DNA from: Archangiaceae bacterium
Lineage (GTDB): Bacteria > Myxococcota > Myxococcia > Myxococcales > Myxococcaceae
Assembly (NCBI GenBank): GCA_043750125.1
Contig: JAYVCD010000051.1
Span: 1-54,165, forward strand
Reading direction: 5' to 3'
Length of the DNA stretch: 54,165 bases
Shown: piece by piece, positions 36,305 through 45,733 of the stretch
Layout: every line of letters begins with the position of its first letter
How positions within the stretch are numbered: position 1 is the first letter of the stretch
The notes under the pieces: generated by a model
Told to the model about the DNA's origin: nothing
What the model saw: the letters and a program-made list of their open reading frames with translations, nothing else
The model's database searches: none
Position numbers and translations under genes: made by a program

Positions 36305-37983
36305 TTGACACCTCCCCTGCGTGAGCTGAACAAGTCGCTGGCGACGATCGACTGCACCAGGTCTTTGAGGTGATTGCCTTTCGCATCCACCTCTTTTGAA
36401 ATTGCGAGAACGAAGGGCCGTTCCTGGGTCGCCAGGTTTCGCCCCAGCGCGTAGTTCATCATCTGGCCGGTGACACAAGACTCGAAAGCAGGGTTCGCTT
36501 TCAGCGCCTTTGCTTCTCCCAGGTGGCCATCGAAGGTCGTGCCGTTGGGCAGCTTCCCCGAGGCATCGACCGCCAGGCCGTTGTCGAGATCGCGATAGGC
36601 CCCGATGCCATCGAAGTGGCCCAGACCGCCGCCCAGTGGGTTGAGCATCTGATGGCACCCTTTGCAGACCCCGTTCGCGGTGACCCTTTCCAGCTGCTGG
36701 CGGTACGTCTCACCTGCGGGCACAACGTCCGGAAGGACGGGGACGTCGACGGGAGGCTCCCCCGGGGGCTGACACAGCAGCTGAGTCAGAACGAATTTTC
36801 CCCGCTTCGCAATCGACGAGCGGACCGGGGTCGAGGTCACCGTGAGGATGCTGGCTTTTCCCAGCAGGCCGCTGCGGTTGGTGTTGCCGACCGCGACGCG
36901 AGTGAACGCAGACCCGGTGACGCCCGGAATTCCGTACAGCGTGGCCAGCGGAGCGTTGACGAACGTGAAGTCCGAATCGAGCATCCCCCGGTAGTCCAGA
37001 CCCGAGGTGAGGTATTCGCTGAAGAAGCGGCGGGTCTCTTCAGCCATCGCCAGCCGCAGCGGCTCGTTGAACCCCGGGTACACATCGGCCGAGGGCGCCG
37101 CGGTGGCGAGGTCGTTGATCCGCAGCCATTGAGTCCCGAACCCATCGACCAGCGCGGTGGCTTTGGGGTCGCTCAAGATCCGTTCGACCTGGCTCTTCAG
37201 CACGACGGGGTCTTTGAGCGTTCCGGACCCGGCGGCGGCGAACAAAGCCGAATCGGGCATGCTGCCCAGAAGGAAGTACGACACCCGCGAGGCCAGCTCG
37301 TAGTCATTGAGCCGGTGCAGAACCGGGGAATTGATGTCCGGGTCGAGCTCAACCCGGAAGACAAAATTGGGGTCGACCAGTGCGGCCTGAAGCGCGAGCG
37401 AGATTCCGGTCTCGAAGTTGTCTCCCTGGCCCTCGGCGATCGCGACCAGCGCGAACAAGCGGTCGACTTCGTCAGCGAGCAGAGGTCGCCGCCAGGCGCG
37501 AAGCCCGAACTCGCCGATGATTTTCCGGGCACACGGGTCATGACCCGTAATCGCCGGGGTACAGCTGAGGATCTTCGCGCGGGCAGGATTCGTGGCACCC
37601 AGCGCGGCGGTGATCAGGCTCTCGGCCGTGCTGACGTATTTTTCGGCGAGCGTCGGCGAGATGGTCAAAACGTCGGCGTTGTTGTCGAAGCTGCCGATGT
37701 TGTCGGTCGGAAAGGTGTCGGCCGGCAGCGTCAGATCGCCCAGCAAGTCGCGCACGGTGTTGTTGTACTCGCCCCGGTTGAGGCGCCGAATCGTGCCCGC
37801 CGCAGCGACGCCCACTCCGGGAACTTCGGGAACGACCGGAATCACGTCCGGCGGGTTCGGAGTGCCGGGCGCCCCGGGGACGACGGGGTTGCTGGACAGA
37901 ATCGAACCGTCACAGCCCACGAGGGCGGCGCAGACCGCCAGAACCAACCACCCGCAGTTGAAGACAAAGGTGCGCTGTTGCAT
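36301..37983 (-). CDS. DUF1592/DUF1588 (PSD-domain) lipoprotein with one CxxCH
   Basis: RRLNRGEYNNTVRDLLG, RAWRRPL, YELASRVSYFL, RSGLLG, KRGKFV, CKGCH, YALGR. Confidence 0.92.
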   Translation of the reverse strand: MQQRTFVFNCGWLVLAVCAALVGCDGSILSSNPVVPGAPGTPNPPDVIPVVPEVPGVGVAAAGTIRRLNRGEYNNTVRDLLGDLTLPADTFPTDNIGSFDNNADVLTISPTLAEKYVSTAESLITAALGATNPARAKILSCTPAITGHDPCARKIIGEFGLRAWRRPLLADEVDRLFALVAIAEGQGDNFETGISLALQAALVDPNFVFRVELDPDINSPVLHRLNDYELASRVSYFLLGSMPDSALFAAAGSGTLKDPVVLKSQVERILSDPKATALVDGFGTQWLRINDLATAAPSADVYPGFNEPLRLAMAEETRRFFSEYLTSGLDYRGMLDSDFTFVNAPLATLYGIPGVTGSAFTRVAVGNTNRSGLLGKASILTVTSTPVRSSIAKRGKFVLTQLLCQPPGEPPVDVPVLPDVVPAGETYRQQLERVTANGVCKGCHQMLNPLGGGLGHFDGIGAYRDLDNGLAVDASGKLPNGTTFDGHLGEAKALKANPAFESCVTGQMMNYALGRNLATQERPFVLAISKEVDAKGNHLKDLVQSIVASDLFSSRRGGVN

Positions 37984-38162
37984 GGACCCCGGCAGAGCAA
38001 TTTCGGGACCGAAACCATCGAGTTTCAGTGGTTCCCAACGTGCTGCGATTCTTCAGTAAACTCCGAGAGGTCGCACCTTGCGCCCGAACGATTCTGCCCA
38101 CTTCTGTGCTCGGTGGACTGAGGAAGCTTCACCTCGTTTCGGACAGGGCCAAATCGGGGACT

Positions 38163-38552
38163 TCAATCGGTCAGTGCGACGGCGTCGATCTCGAGCAGGA
38201 ACGCGGGGTCGGCGAGGCTGGAAACGACCAGCAGGGTGGTCGCGGGGGGCGCGGCCGAGAAGTACTTGTCGCGCCCGTCGCGAATGTGGGGCCGGTAGTG
38301 CTTGAGGTCGGTGGTGTAGATGTTGAGCTTCACCACGTCGGCCAGGCTCGCGCCGGACCCTTCGACCACCGCCTTCAAGTTTCGGAACACCTGGTCCACC
38401 TGGGCGACGATGTCCCCCGGGCCGACCAATGTCCCGTCGAGGCCTTTGGACACCTGCCCGGCGATGAACACGATGTTCCCGCGCCGCACCGCGTGGCTGT
38501 AGCCCTTGGCTTCATAGACCCCCTTCGGCTTGATCCGCTCGAGCGGGGCCAC
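38163..38552 (-). CDS. RidA/YjgF/UK114 family protein
   Basis: YSHAVR, FIAGQV, DVVKLNIY, PATTLLVVSSL...LEIDAVA; GTG start at 38552. Confidence 0.9.
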   Translation of the reverse strand: MAPLERIKPKGVYEAKGYSHAVRRGNIVFIAGQVSKGLDGTLVGPGDIVAQVDQVFRNLKAVVEGSGASLADVVKLNIYTTDLKHYRPHIRDGRDKYFSAAPPATTLLVVSSLADPAFLLEIDAVALTD

Positions 38553-38553
38553 G

Positions 38554-39927
38554 TCAGGCCCGGGCCATGCGCACGCTCTGGCGCAGCAGCACTTTCTTGA
38601 TGATCGCGATCCCGTTGAGCGCAATCTGCCGGTCGATGTTCAAAGGCGGGTACAGCCGCATGCTGTTGCCCGAGCCGCTCGAGCCGAACATCACCAGGAC
38701 TCCGCTGCGCAGCAGGTCCATGAAGATTTCTTCCATCACTTTCGAAGACACCGGCCGCAGCGACTTCTTGTCTTCGACCAGCTCGAACCCGAGCATCAGC
38801 CCGAGCCCGCGGGCCTCACCCATGATCGGAATTTCAATTTCCATCTTCTTCAGTTCTGCGAGCAGCTCGGCGCCGAGCGCGTGGGCCCGGGCGGGCAGCT
38901 CTTCGGCCTTGGTGATTGCGATCGTCGCACCCACCGCCGCGCAGGCCATCGGAAATGCCGCGAAGCTCGACGAATTGAAGCTCGGGTCCGAGAACGGAGT
39001 GCTCTTCATGATCTCGGCGGTCGACAGAACAGCCGTCACCGGGTAGCCCGAGCCCAGCCCTTTTCCCACGATCACGATGTCTGGAATGACATCGTCATAC
39101 TCAAAGGCAAACATCTTCCCTGTCCTACCCATACAGGTCATCGTCTCGTCCACGATCAACAGCGCCCCGAACTCGCGGGCCACCGCTTTCAATTCTTTCA
39201 GATAGCCGGGCGGTGGGGTGATGTTTCCGGCCCGACCCTGAATCGGCTCGACGATGATCCCCGCCAGCGACCCCGCGGACGAGTTCTTGATTTCTTGCCG
39301 CACGTGGTCCACGCAGGCGAACTTGCACGAGGGAAACGTCTGCTTCAGCGGGCAGCGAAAACAGTAGGCGTACGGGGCGGTGAGGGCTCCAGGCGGCATC
39401 GGGCCCAGCCCCTTTCGCGCCCCGTCGGTGAGCGCCAAAGCCCCCATCGTCTTCCCATGGTAGCCATTCCAGAAGCCGAGAAATTCGTATTTCCCGGTGT
39501 GAGACTTGGCGAGCCGAAGCGCACCTTCGACCGCTTCCGTGCCTCCGCTGAAGAACTGCACCCGATCGAGGCCCTTGGGAAAAATCGATTGAAATTCCTC
39601 GAGCATGCTCACCCGCGCGGGGGTGTTGAATGAGCCGATCGCCAGCGATGAGAGCTGTTGGGACATCGCTTCGATGTACTTCGGGTGCGAGTGGCCGATG
39701 CTGTTGACCCCGCTGCCCCCCATGAAATCGAGGAACACGTTTCCGTCGGCGTCCTCGAGAAAGGGACCCTGACCGCGCACCAGACTCAGTCTTGCCCACT
39801 GCACGACCCGCTGAAGACCCGGGCCGATGACTGTGTTCTGCTTTTCCCAGCTGGCCAGCGACTTCGGGCCGGGAATTTCAGTTGTAAGAATTGGCTGTTT
39901 TGTCTGAAACGCGATACCTAAACTCAT
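38554..39927 (-). CDS. Class III PLP aminotransferase (4-aminobutyrate aminotransferase-like)
   Basis: GTEAVEGALRLAK, YHGKT, IVEPIQG, LIVDE...MGRTG, GKGLGSG. Confidence 0.93.
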   Translation of the reverse strand: MSLGIAFQTKQPILTTEIPGPKSLASWEKQNTVIGPGLQRVVQWARLSLVRGQGPFLEDADGNVFLDFMGGSGVNSIGHSHPKYIEAMSQQLSSLAIGSFNTPARVSMLEEFQSIFPKGLDRVQFFSGGTEAVEGALRLAKSHTGKYEFLGFWNGYHGKTMGALALTDGARKGLGPMPPGALTAPYAYCFRCPLKQTFPSCKFACVDHVRQEIKNSSAGSLAGIIVEPIQGRAGNITPPPGYLKELKAVAREFGALLIVDETMTCMGRTGKMFAFEYDDVIPDIVIVGKGLGSGYPVTAVLSTAEIMKSTPFSDPSFNSSSFAAFPMACAAVGATIAITKAEELPARAHALGAELLAELKKMEIEIPIMGEARGLGLMLGFELVEDKKSLRPVSSKVMEEIFMDLLRSGVLVMFGSSGSGNSMRLYPPLNIDRQIALNGIAIIKKVLLRQSVRMARA

Positions 39928-39974
39928 TGGGCGCGGTCGTATGAGCCGCCTAAAATACTGTCAAGGAGTTTTGC

Positions 39975-41363
39975 ATGGGACGCACCCCCGAGCGGAAAAT
40001 CAGCCAACCAGAGAATCAAAAGCCACACCTGGTGACCGAAATTCCGGGGCCGAAGAGCAAGGCGCAGCGGGCGCGCGAAGAGGCGCACTACGCGCCGGGT
40101 CATCAGCGCTATTCGGCGATGGCTGGAATCGTGGTCGACCAGGCCCGAGGCAACGCGGTCACCGACATCGACGGCAACACCTTGCTCGACATCGTGGGCG
40201 CGATTGGAGTCAATGGGCTGGGGCACTCGCACCCGAAGTGGACCGCGGCGATCGTGAACCAGGTGCAGAACGTCTCGGCGGGAAGCTTCTCGTCCAACGC
40301 GCGGGTCGAGCTGATGGAAAGGGTCGCGATGCACGCGCCTTCCCCGGGCGTTCACCGGTTGCAGCTGTACTCGGGGGGCGCAGAAGCCGTCGAATCTGCA
40401 CTGCGATTGGCCAAATGCTACACAGGCAAGAGCGAATTCGTGAGCTTCTGGGGAGGGTTTCACGGGAAAACCATGGGTGTATTGAGCTTGATGGGCTCTG
40501 ATTTCAAGAAGGGCCTCGGCCCTCTGGTGCCTGGAAACCACCTCGTCCCGTACGCCAATTGCTACCGCTGCCCGTTGAAGCTCAAGTACCCGTCGTGTGG
40601 AATGGCGTGTGTCGAGCTCGCCGAGAGCCAGGTGCGCTCGAGCTCGTCGGGGTCGATCGCGGCGTTCCTGGTCGAGCCGATGCTGGGCGCGGGAGGCAAT
40701 AATCCTCCGCCCAAAGAGTTTCTTCCGGCGGTCAAGGCGATGGCGAAGAAGTTCGACGCGCTGCTGATCGTGGACGAAATGATCACCGGGTTTGGCCGCA
40801 CCGGAAAATATTGGGGCTCGGAACACACCGGCACCGCGCCGGACATCGTGACCATCGGGAAGCAGTTCGGCGGAGGTCTTCCCGTCACCGGGCTCATCTC
40901 GCGCGACGACATCGTGCAGTCCAAGCCATGGGCCAACCCGTCGGGGTCTTCTTCCAGTTATGGCGGCAACCCGCTGGCATCGGCAGCGGCCGCGGCCTCG
41001 TTGCGGATCATCGATGAAGAAGAGCTGGTCGAGAACGCGCGCCGCATGGGGGAATACTTCCTCGGCAAGCTCAGGCCGTTCCTCGACGACTATCCGTTCG
41101 TCGGCGACGTGCGTGGGCAGGGGCTGCTGTTGGCGCTCGAGCTGGTGAAGAACAAAGAGACCAAAGAGCTGCTGCCCCGGTCGGTCTGCAAAGTGATGTT
41201 CGAGGAATGTCTGAAGCGAGGGCTGATCTGTCTGACTTTTGACCCCGTCTTTCGGATTCAGCCCGCGATGACCATCGACGAGGCGACCATCGACACGGTG
41301 GTGGCGATTCTCAGAGAAGTGTTCGACCACGTGAAGAAGCACGCGCTGTGGTCGGCGGCCTGA
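39975..41363 (+). CDS. Class III PLP aminotransferase, paralog of the divergent gene
   Basis: GAEAVESALRLAK, FHGKT, LVEPMLG, LIVDEMITGFGRTG, GKQFGGG. Confidence 0.93.
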   Translation: MGRTPERKISQPENQKPHLVTEIPGPKSKAQRAREEAHYAPGHQRYSAMAGIVVDQARGNAVTDIDGNTLLDIVGAIGVNGLGHSHPKWTAAIVNQVQNVSAGSFSSNARVELMERVAMHAPSPGVHRLQLYSGGAEAVESALRLAKCYTGKSEFVSFWGGFHGKTMGVLSLMGSDFKKGLGPLVPGNHLVPYANCYRCPLKLKYPSCGMACVELAESQVRSSSSGSIAAFLVEPMLGAGGNNPPPKEFLPAVKAMAKKFDALLIVDEMITGFGRTGKYWGSEHTGTAPDIVTIGKQFGGGLPVTGLISRDDIVQSKPWANPSGSSSSYGGNPLASAAAAASLRIIDEEELVENARRMGEYFLGKLRPFLDDYPFVGDVRGQGLLLALELVKNKETKELLPRSVCKVMFEECLKRGLICLTFDPVFRIQPAMTIDEATIDTVVAILREVFDHVKKHALWSAA

Positions 41364-41376
41364 TCCACTGGGGCGC

Positions 41377-43173
41377 GTGACCTTCCGCCGAAAAATCAGT
41401 GTCATTCTTCTGGCGGTGGGCCTGGTGCCGGTCACCGTGATTGGAGCGCTCGCCTACCGCGCGAGCCGCGACGAGGTGACGGCGCTCGTCCGCAGGGCGC
41501 AAGAGCAGACCGCCGAGGATCTCGCCCGGCAGACCGAGGCGACCGTGGGCCACGCAGCCGAAGCCCTGGCGCTTTCCGCGCAGGCGCTGCCGTTGGACAC
41601 CTTCTCGACCGAAGAGCTTTCCGAGGTGTTGCGCATTCCGTACCGCCAGGTGGCCGAGGTGACGGCGGTCGCGCTGCTCGATGGCAAAGGCGATGCGGTG
41701 GTCGCTCCGGTGTTCGAGCGTGACGCGAAGCGCGAAGCTCCTGCCCTCGCAGCGATGGCCTCGCACGTGCCTCTCGAGCAGGCGCTGGCGCTGGGCGCGG
41801 CGATCGGCCCCCCCTATCGGGTCGAGACCGGGTCCCCGCGGGTGGTGATCGCGGTTCGCAGTGGCCACCACATCGTCGCTGCCGAGCTGTCGCTGCGGCC
41901 GATTTCGAGCCGGCTCGACGAGCTGAACGCCCGCGGGACGAGGGCGGTGTTGATCGACGCCCGGGGGGCGCCCCTGGCCGGCGCGAAGGCGTTGTCCCCC
42001 AGTGAGCAGGCGCTGGTCGCAGCCGGCGCGCTGCAAAGTGGAACGGTCGAGCGGGAAGGCGCCGAGGCGGCGCTGGCGGCGTTTGCTCCGGTGAAGGTTC
42101 TCAACTGGGGCGTGCTCGCCGAGCAGCCTCAAAGCCTGGCGCTGCGGGCGGCGGTCCGGGTGCGCAACTACACGTTGTTCTGGGCGAGCATCGGTCTGGC
42201 GCTGGCGGCGGCGTTGAGCGTCTGGCTGGCCCGGGGGCTCTCGCGGCCGATTGCCGAGTTGTCGGTCGCGGCCCGGGCGCTGTCGGAAGGGCGGTACGAC
42301 GCGGTGGCGCCCAATGTGGAGGGAAACGACGAGCTGGCAGAATTCTCAGGCACGTTTCGCCAGATGGCCACCGAGATTCGTCGGCGCGATGAAGAGATCG
42401 GCGGCTGGAACCGCGAACTGCAGGCCCGGGTCGAGGCGCGCACTGCCGAGCTGAAGGCCGCGCAGGACCAAATCTTACGGACGCGACGGCTGGCCGCGCT
42501 GGGCACGATGGGGGCGGGAATCGCCCACGAGCTCAACAACCCGCTGACCGCCGTTCTCGGGCTGGCAGGGCTGGTGAAGATGAGCCTGGGAAAAGACTCG
42601 CCCGAGATCGAATCGCTGACGGGGATCGTGGATCAAGCCAAGCGAATGAGCACGATCGTCGCCCGGCTGCGCGAGCTCACCGACACCGAGCGCGAGGGCA
42701 GTGGCTCTCGCTTCAAGCTCGCAGAGCCGGTGAGCGCGGCCCTCACCCACTTCAAGCCCAGGCTGGCCGAGCACCAGATCCTCTTGTCGACCGAGCTGGG
42801 TCTGGAAGTCCCGGACATCCAGGGGGACTCGGCGCAGCTGCAGGAGCTCGTCAGCCACCTGGTCGACAACGCGATTCACGCGATGCCCGGTGGAGGTCGG
42901 CTGGACGTGAAGATCTGCGCAGTCGACGGCCAGGCCTTGAAGCTCACCGTGGCGGACACCGGCCGTGGAATTTCCGCGGCGATGCAGGAAAGAATCTTCG
43001 ACCCGTTCTTCACCACCAAAGACGACCCCACCGGGGTGGGCCTGGGTCTCTCTACATCCCACCAAATTGTACAGCGGCACCACGGGAAGCTGACCGTCGA
43101 AAGCCAGACCGGCAAGGGCTCGAAGTTCACCGTGCTGCTGCCTGCTGCGGGCGAAGCTCCTCACCTGGTGTAG
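41377..43173 (+). CDS. Membrane sensor histidine kinase (Cache-like, HAMP, HisKA, HATPase)
   Basis: Two TM helices, HAMP, AHELNNPL, DTGRG, FDPFFTTK, GLGL. Confidence 0.93.
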   Translation: MTFRRKISVILLAVGLVPVTVIGALAYRASRDEVTALVRRAQEQTAEDLARQTEATVGHAAEALALSAQALPLDTFSTEELSEVLRIPYRQVAEVTAVALLDGKGDAVVAPVFERDAKREAPALAAMASHVPLEQALALGAAIGPPYRVETGSPRVVIAVRSGHHIVAAELSLRPISSRLDELNARGTRAVLIDARGAPLAGAKALSPSEQALVAAGALQSGTVEREGAEAALAAFAPVKVLNWGVLAEQPQSLALRAAVRVRNYTLFWASIGLALAAALSVWLARGLSRPIAELSVAARALSEGRYDAVAPNVEGNDELAEFSGTFRQMATEIRRRDEEIGGWNRELQARVEARTAELKAAQDQILRTRRLAALGTMGAGIAHELNNPLTAVLGLAGLVKMSLGKDSPEIESLTGIVDQAKRMSTIVARLRELTDTEREGSGSRFKLAEPVSAALTHFKPRLAEHQILLSTELGLEVPDIQGDSAQLQELVSHLVDNAIHAMPGGGRLDVKICAVDGQALKLTVADTGRGISAAMQERIFDPFFTTKDDPTGVGLGLSTSHQIVQRHHGKLTVESQTGKGSKFTVLLPAAGEAPHLV

Positions 43174-43226
43174 GCGAGAAAATCTCGAGTCAGGCTTCGA
43201 AGCCAACAGGTTAGATTTGTCTGCTC

Positions 43227-44780
43227 GTGAACAAGGGACAATCCGCCGCTGAGCTGTTGACCGCAGGGTTGATCCACGAAATTCGCCACCCGCTGATGGG
43301 AATCAAGCTGGGGCTGCAGCTGATTCAACGTGCGGCGGGCCCCCAGGTGGCCGGCCAGGCCGAATGGCCGATGGTGCTCTCGCAGGTGGCGCGGCTCGAA
43401 GAGCTGCTGCACTCGTACCAGCGATTTCTTTCGCCCGAGATTGAAGGCCCCGGAGTGTTCGAGCTGGGTCCGGTGCTGCAGCAGGCGATTGGGCTGTGCA
43501 TGATCCGCCTGGGCACCCTGGGGGACCGCTTCAGCTATCTGCCGCCTCCCAAAGGAGTCTTCGCCCACGGGACGTCCGACGCGTTGACCCACGCGGTGAC
43601 CAACGTGATCTTCAATGCGCTCGACGCAGTCGAGGAGAAAGGTTCGACCGGCCGAATCGAAGTGCGGGTGATGCCGAGCGTGAACAACGACGGGCGCATC
43701 GAAGTGCGGGTCAGCGACGAAGGGATCGGAATCGCGCCGAAAATCTTCGATCAGATCTTCGAGCCCCGCTTCACCACCAAGCCGCGCGACAAGGGCAGCG
43801 GGCTGGGACTGTCGATCGCGCGCCGAATGATGGAAGCGGCCGGCGGCGAAGTGGTGGTCGCCGAGCCGAACGATGTCTTCCGCCAACCGTGGGCCACCAC
43901 CGAGTTCCGGATCACGCTCTGGGCGAAAGTGCCGCCCGCGGAAGTCGTCGAAAGCGCGCCGACGGCGGTGACCCCGACCGTGATGACGGCGCCGGCGCGG
44001 CGGGCGGTGCTGTTTGTGGAAGACGACACCGTCATCTGCGCGATGCTCAAACGCGGGTTGGAAATGAGTGGCTATGCGGTGACGACCGCCCACACCGCAG
44101 AGAAGGCAATCGCCCTGCTCGAGACCCTGCACTTCGACGCGGTAATCACCGACAAGAATCTGCCTGGGAAAAGCGGCGAAGACGTGGCGCGCGCGGTGCG
44201 GGCGAAGAGCCAACAGATCGCCCTGGTGATGATGACCGGGTACGCCTCAAAAGAGTCCGCCCGCGAAATGCAGCTGCTGCGCGCGGACGCGTACCTCACC
44301 AAGCCCTTCGAGGTTGTCGACCTCACCCGCCTGCTCGGCCACGCGATTGGCCGCCGCCTCGGACAGGCGACGGTGCTCGCGCGAATCAAGCTCCACCCTC
44401 CCCCCACCCTGCTCGAGCAAATCGCGTTGGTCGAGCCCAACCCCGCCGACTGCGCTCGGCTCGAAAAGCTGCTCCGAGACCAAAAGCTGAGCCCGCGGGT
44501 GCGGGACGACGTGCTCGCCGCGCTCGACGAAACGCCGGGGCCCGATGCGTTGGTAGTGAACAGCGCCTGCCTGACTGAACCGGTGAAGCAGCGGTTGCTC
44601 GATCTGCAGGTCGCCCGGCCTGAATTCCGCGTCATTCTCATTTCGCCGGCCGAGAGCCTGATGGAATCGATCACCGCGATCCTCGTCAACGCCTCGGCTC
44701 AGCTGATTCAGCCGTGGACCGATGCCCACGCCGCGGCCGAATTGCGCCGGGGGCTGGACCCCAGGGAAGTCTTGCGTTGA
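43227..44780 (+). CDS. Cytoplasmic hybrid histidine kinase/response regulator
   Basis: HEIRHPL, DEGIG, FEPRFTTK, GLGL; receiver VEDD...TDKNLPG...YLTKPF; second degenerate receiver at the C-terminus. Confidence 0.9.
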   Translation: MNKGQSAAELLTAGLIHEIRHPLMGIKLGLQLIQRAAGPQVAGQAEWPMVLSQVARLEELLHSYQRFLSPEIEGPGVFELGPVLQQAIGLCMIRLGTLGDRFSYLPPPKGVFAHGTSDALTHAVTNVIFNALDAVEEKGSTGRIEVRVMPSVNNDGRIEVRVSDEGIGIAPKIFDQIFEPRFTTKPRDKGSGLGLSIARRMMEAAGGEVVVAEPNDVFRQPWATTEFRITLWAKVPPAEVVESAPTAVTPTVMTAPARRAVLFVEDDTVICAMLKRGLEMSGYAVTTAHTAEKAIALLETLHFDAVITDKNLPGKSGEDVARAVRAKSQQIALVMMTGYASKESAREMQLLRADAYLTKPFEVVDLTRLLGHAIGRRLGQATVLARIKLHPPPTLLEQIALVEPNPADCARLEKLLRDQKLSPRVRDDVLAALDETPGPDALVVNSACLTEPVKQRLLDLQVARPEFRVILISPAESLMESITAILVNASAQLIQPWTDAHAAAELRRGLDPREVLR

Positions 44781-45733
44781 GCGCGCCGCGTTCGGGAATG
44801 CGACTGGTTCTGGGCGCGATCGCTATCGTGCTCGTCATCGGGCTGCTCGGATTCTTCGGGGCCCACTGGCTCTTCGCCGAAGCCCCGATCCAGACGGCGA
44901 CTCAGGTCGCGCAGCCTATTCCCGGCGCGCGGGCGAGCGTCGACCCCGAGAAAGAGGAAGCGGTCGTCGTGTCGGTCGAAGGAAAGGTCGAGAAGGTGGC
45001 GGTCGACGGCCGGTGGGTCGAGGTGGCGGCCGGCGACCGGTTGGTGGCGGACGACGCGCTGCGAACGGACAAGACGGGCCGGGCCGAGCTGGCGATCGGC
45101 GAGAAGTCGCGGTTGACCGTGACCGAAGACACCCAGCTGAAGGTGCGCGAGCTGACCCGGGCGGTTCACCAGGTTCAGCTGACGCGGGGCCGGTTGGTGG
45201 CGAGCTACGACGCGGACGGCGAGCGCGTGCTGCGAATCGAAGACGAGAAAGGGTCTGCGGTGGCCGAGACGCGGGCGGCCCGATTTTCAATTCTGTCCAA
45301 CGGTCAGGCGCTCGCGGTCGCCACCGAGACGGGAACCGTGAACCTCGAAGCGGCGGGCAAAGCGGTAGAAGTCAAAGCCGGGCAGCAGGCGTTCGCGAAC
45401 GTGGGACAAGCGCCGTCGGCGGCGACTCCGATTCACGCCGACGTGCTGTTGAAGATCGCGCGTGCGCTGCGCGCGGACCCTTCGCTGTGTGCAGTGATTG
45501 AAGGCACCGTCGACCCCGGCTCGCAGCTCGATGTCGATCGGACGATCATTCCGGTCGGGGCCAATGGCCGGTTTCGGGCCGAGGTGGCGCGCCGGCCGGG
45601 GCGGTCGGCGGCAGAAGTCACGGCGCAGGACCCGATCGGGCACCTGATGAAGAAGACGGTGCAGTGCAGCGCCCAGGCCCGCGCCCCGCCGGTGAAGTTG
45701 CAGATGAACTGGGAAGCGACCGATGCGGGTTGA
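44777..45733 (+). CDS. FecR-domain membrane-anchored protein
   Basis: N-terminal TM; GDRL...DALRT...RAEL..GE.S...V.EDTQL...LTRGRL pattern; start 44777 (TTG) or 44798 (ATG). Confidence 0.8.
   Translation: MSAPRSGMRLVLGAIAIVLVIGLLGFFGAHWLFAEAPIQTATQVAQPIPGARASVDPEKEEAVVVSVEGKVEKVAVDGRWVEVAAGDRLVADDALRTDKTGRAELAIGEKSRLTVTEDTQLKVRELTRAVHQVQLTRGRLVASYDADGERVLRIEDEKGSAVAETRAARFSILSNGQALAVATETGTVNLEAAGKAVEVKAGQQAFANVGQAPSAATPIHADVLLKIARALRADPSLCAVIEGTVDPGSQLDVDRTIIPVGANGRFRAEVARRPGRSAAEVTAQDPIGHLMKKTVQCSAQARAPPVKLQMNWEATDAG

Noticed and set aside
34928-37983. DUF1592/DUF1552 pair as part of the RiPP-like system
   Set aside because: It is convergently transcribed and is a common multi-copy module in Myxococcota and Planctomycetota.
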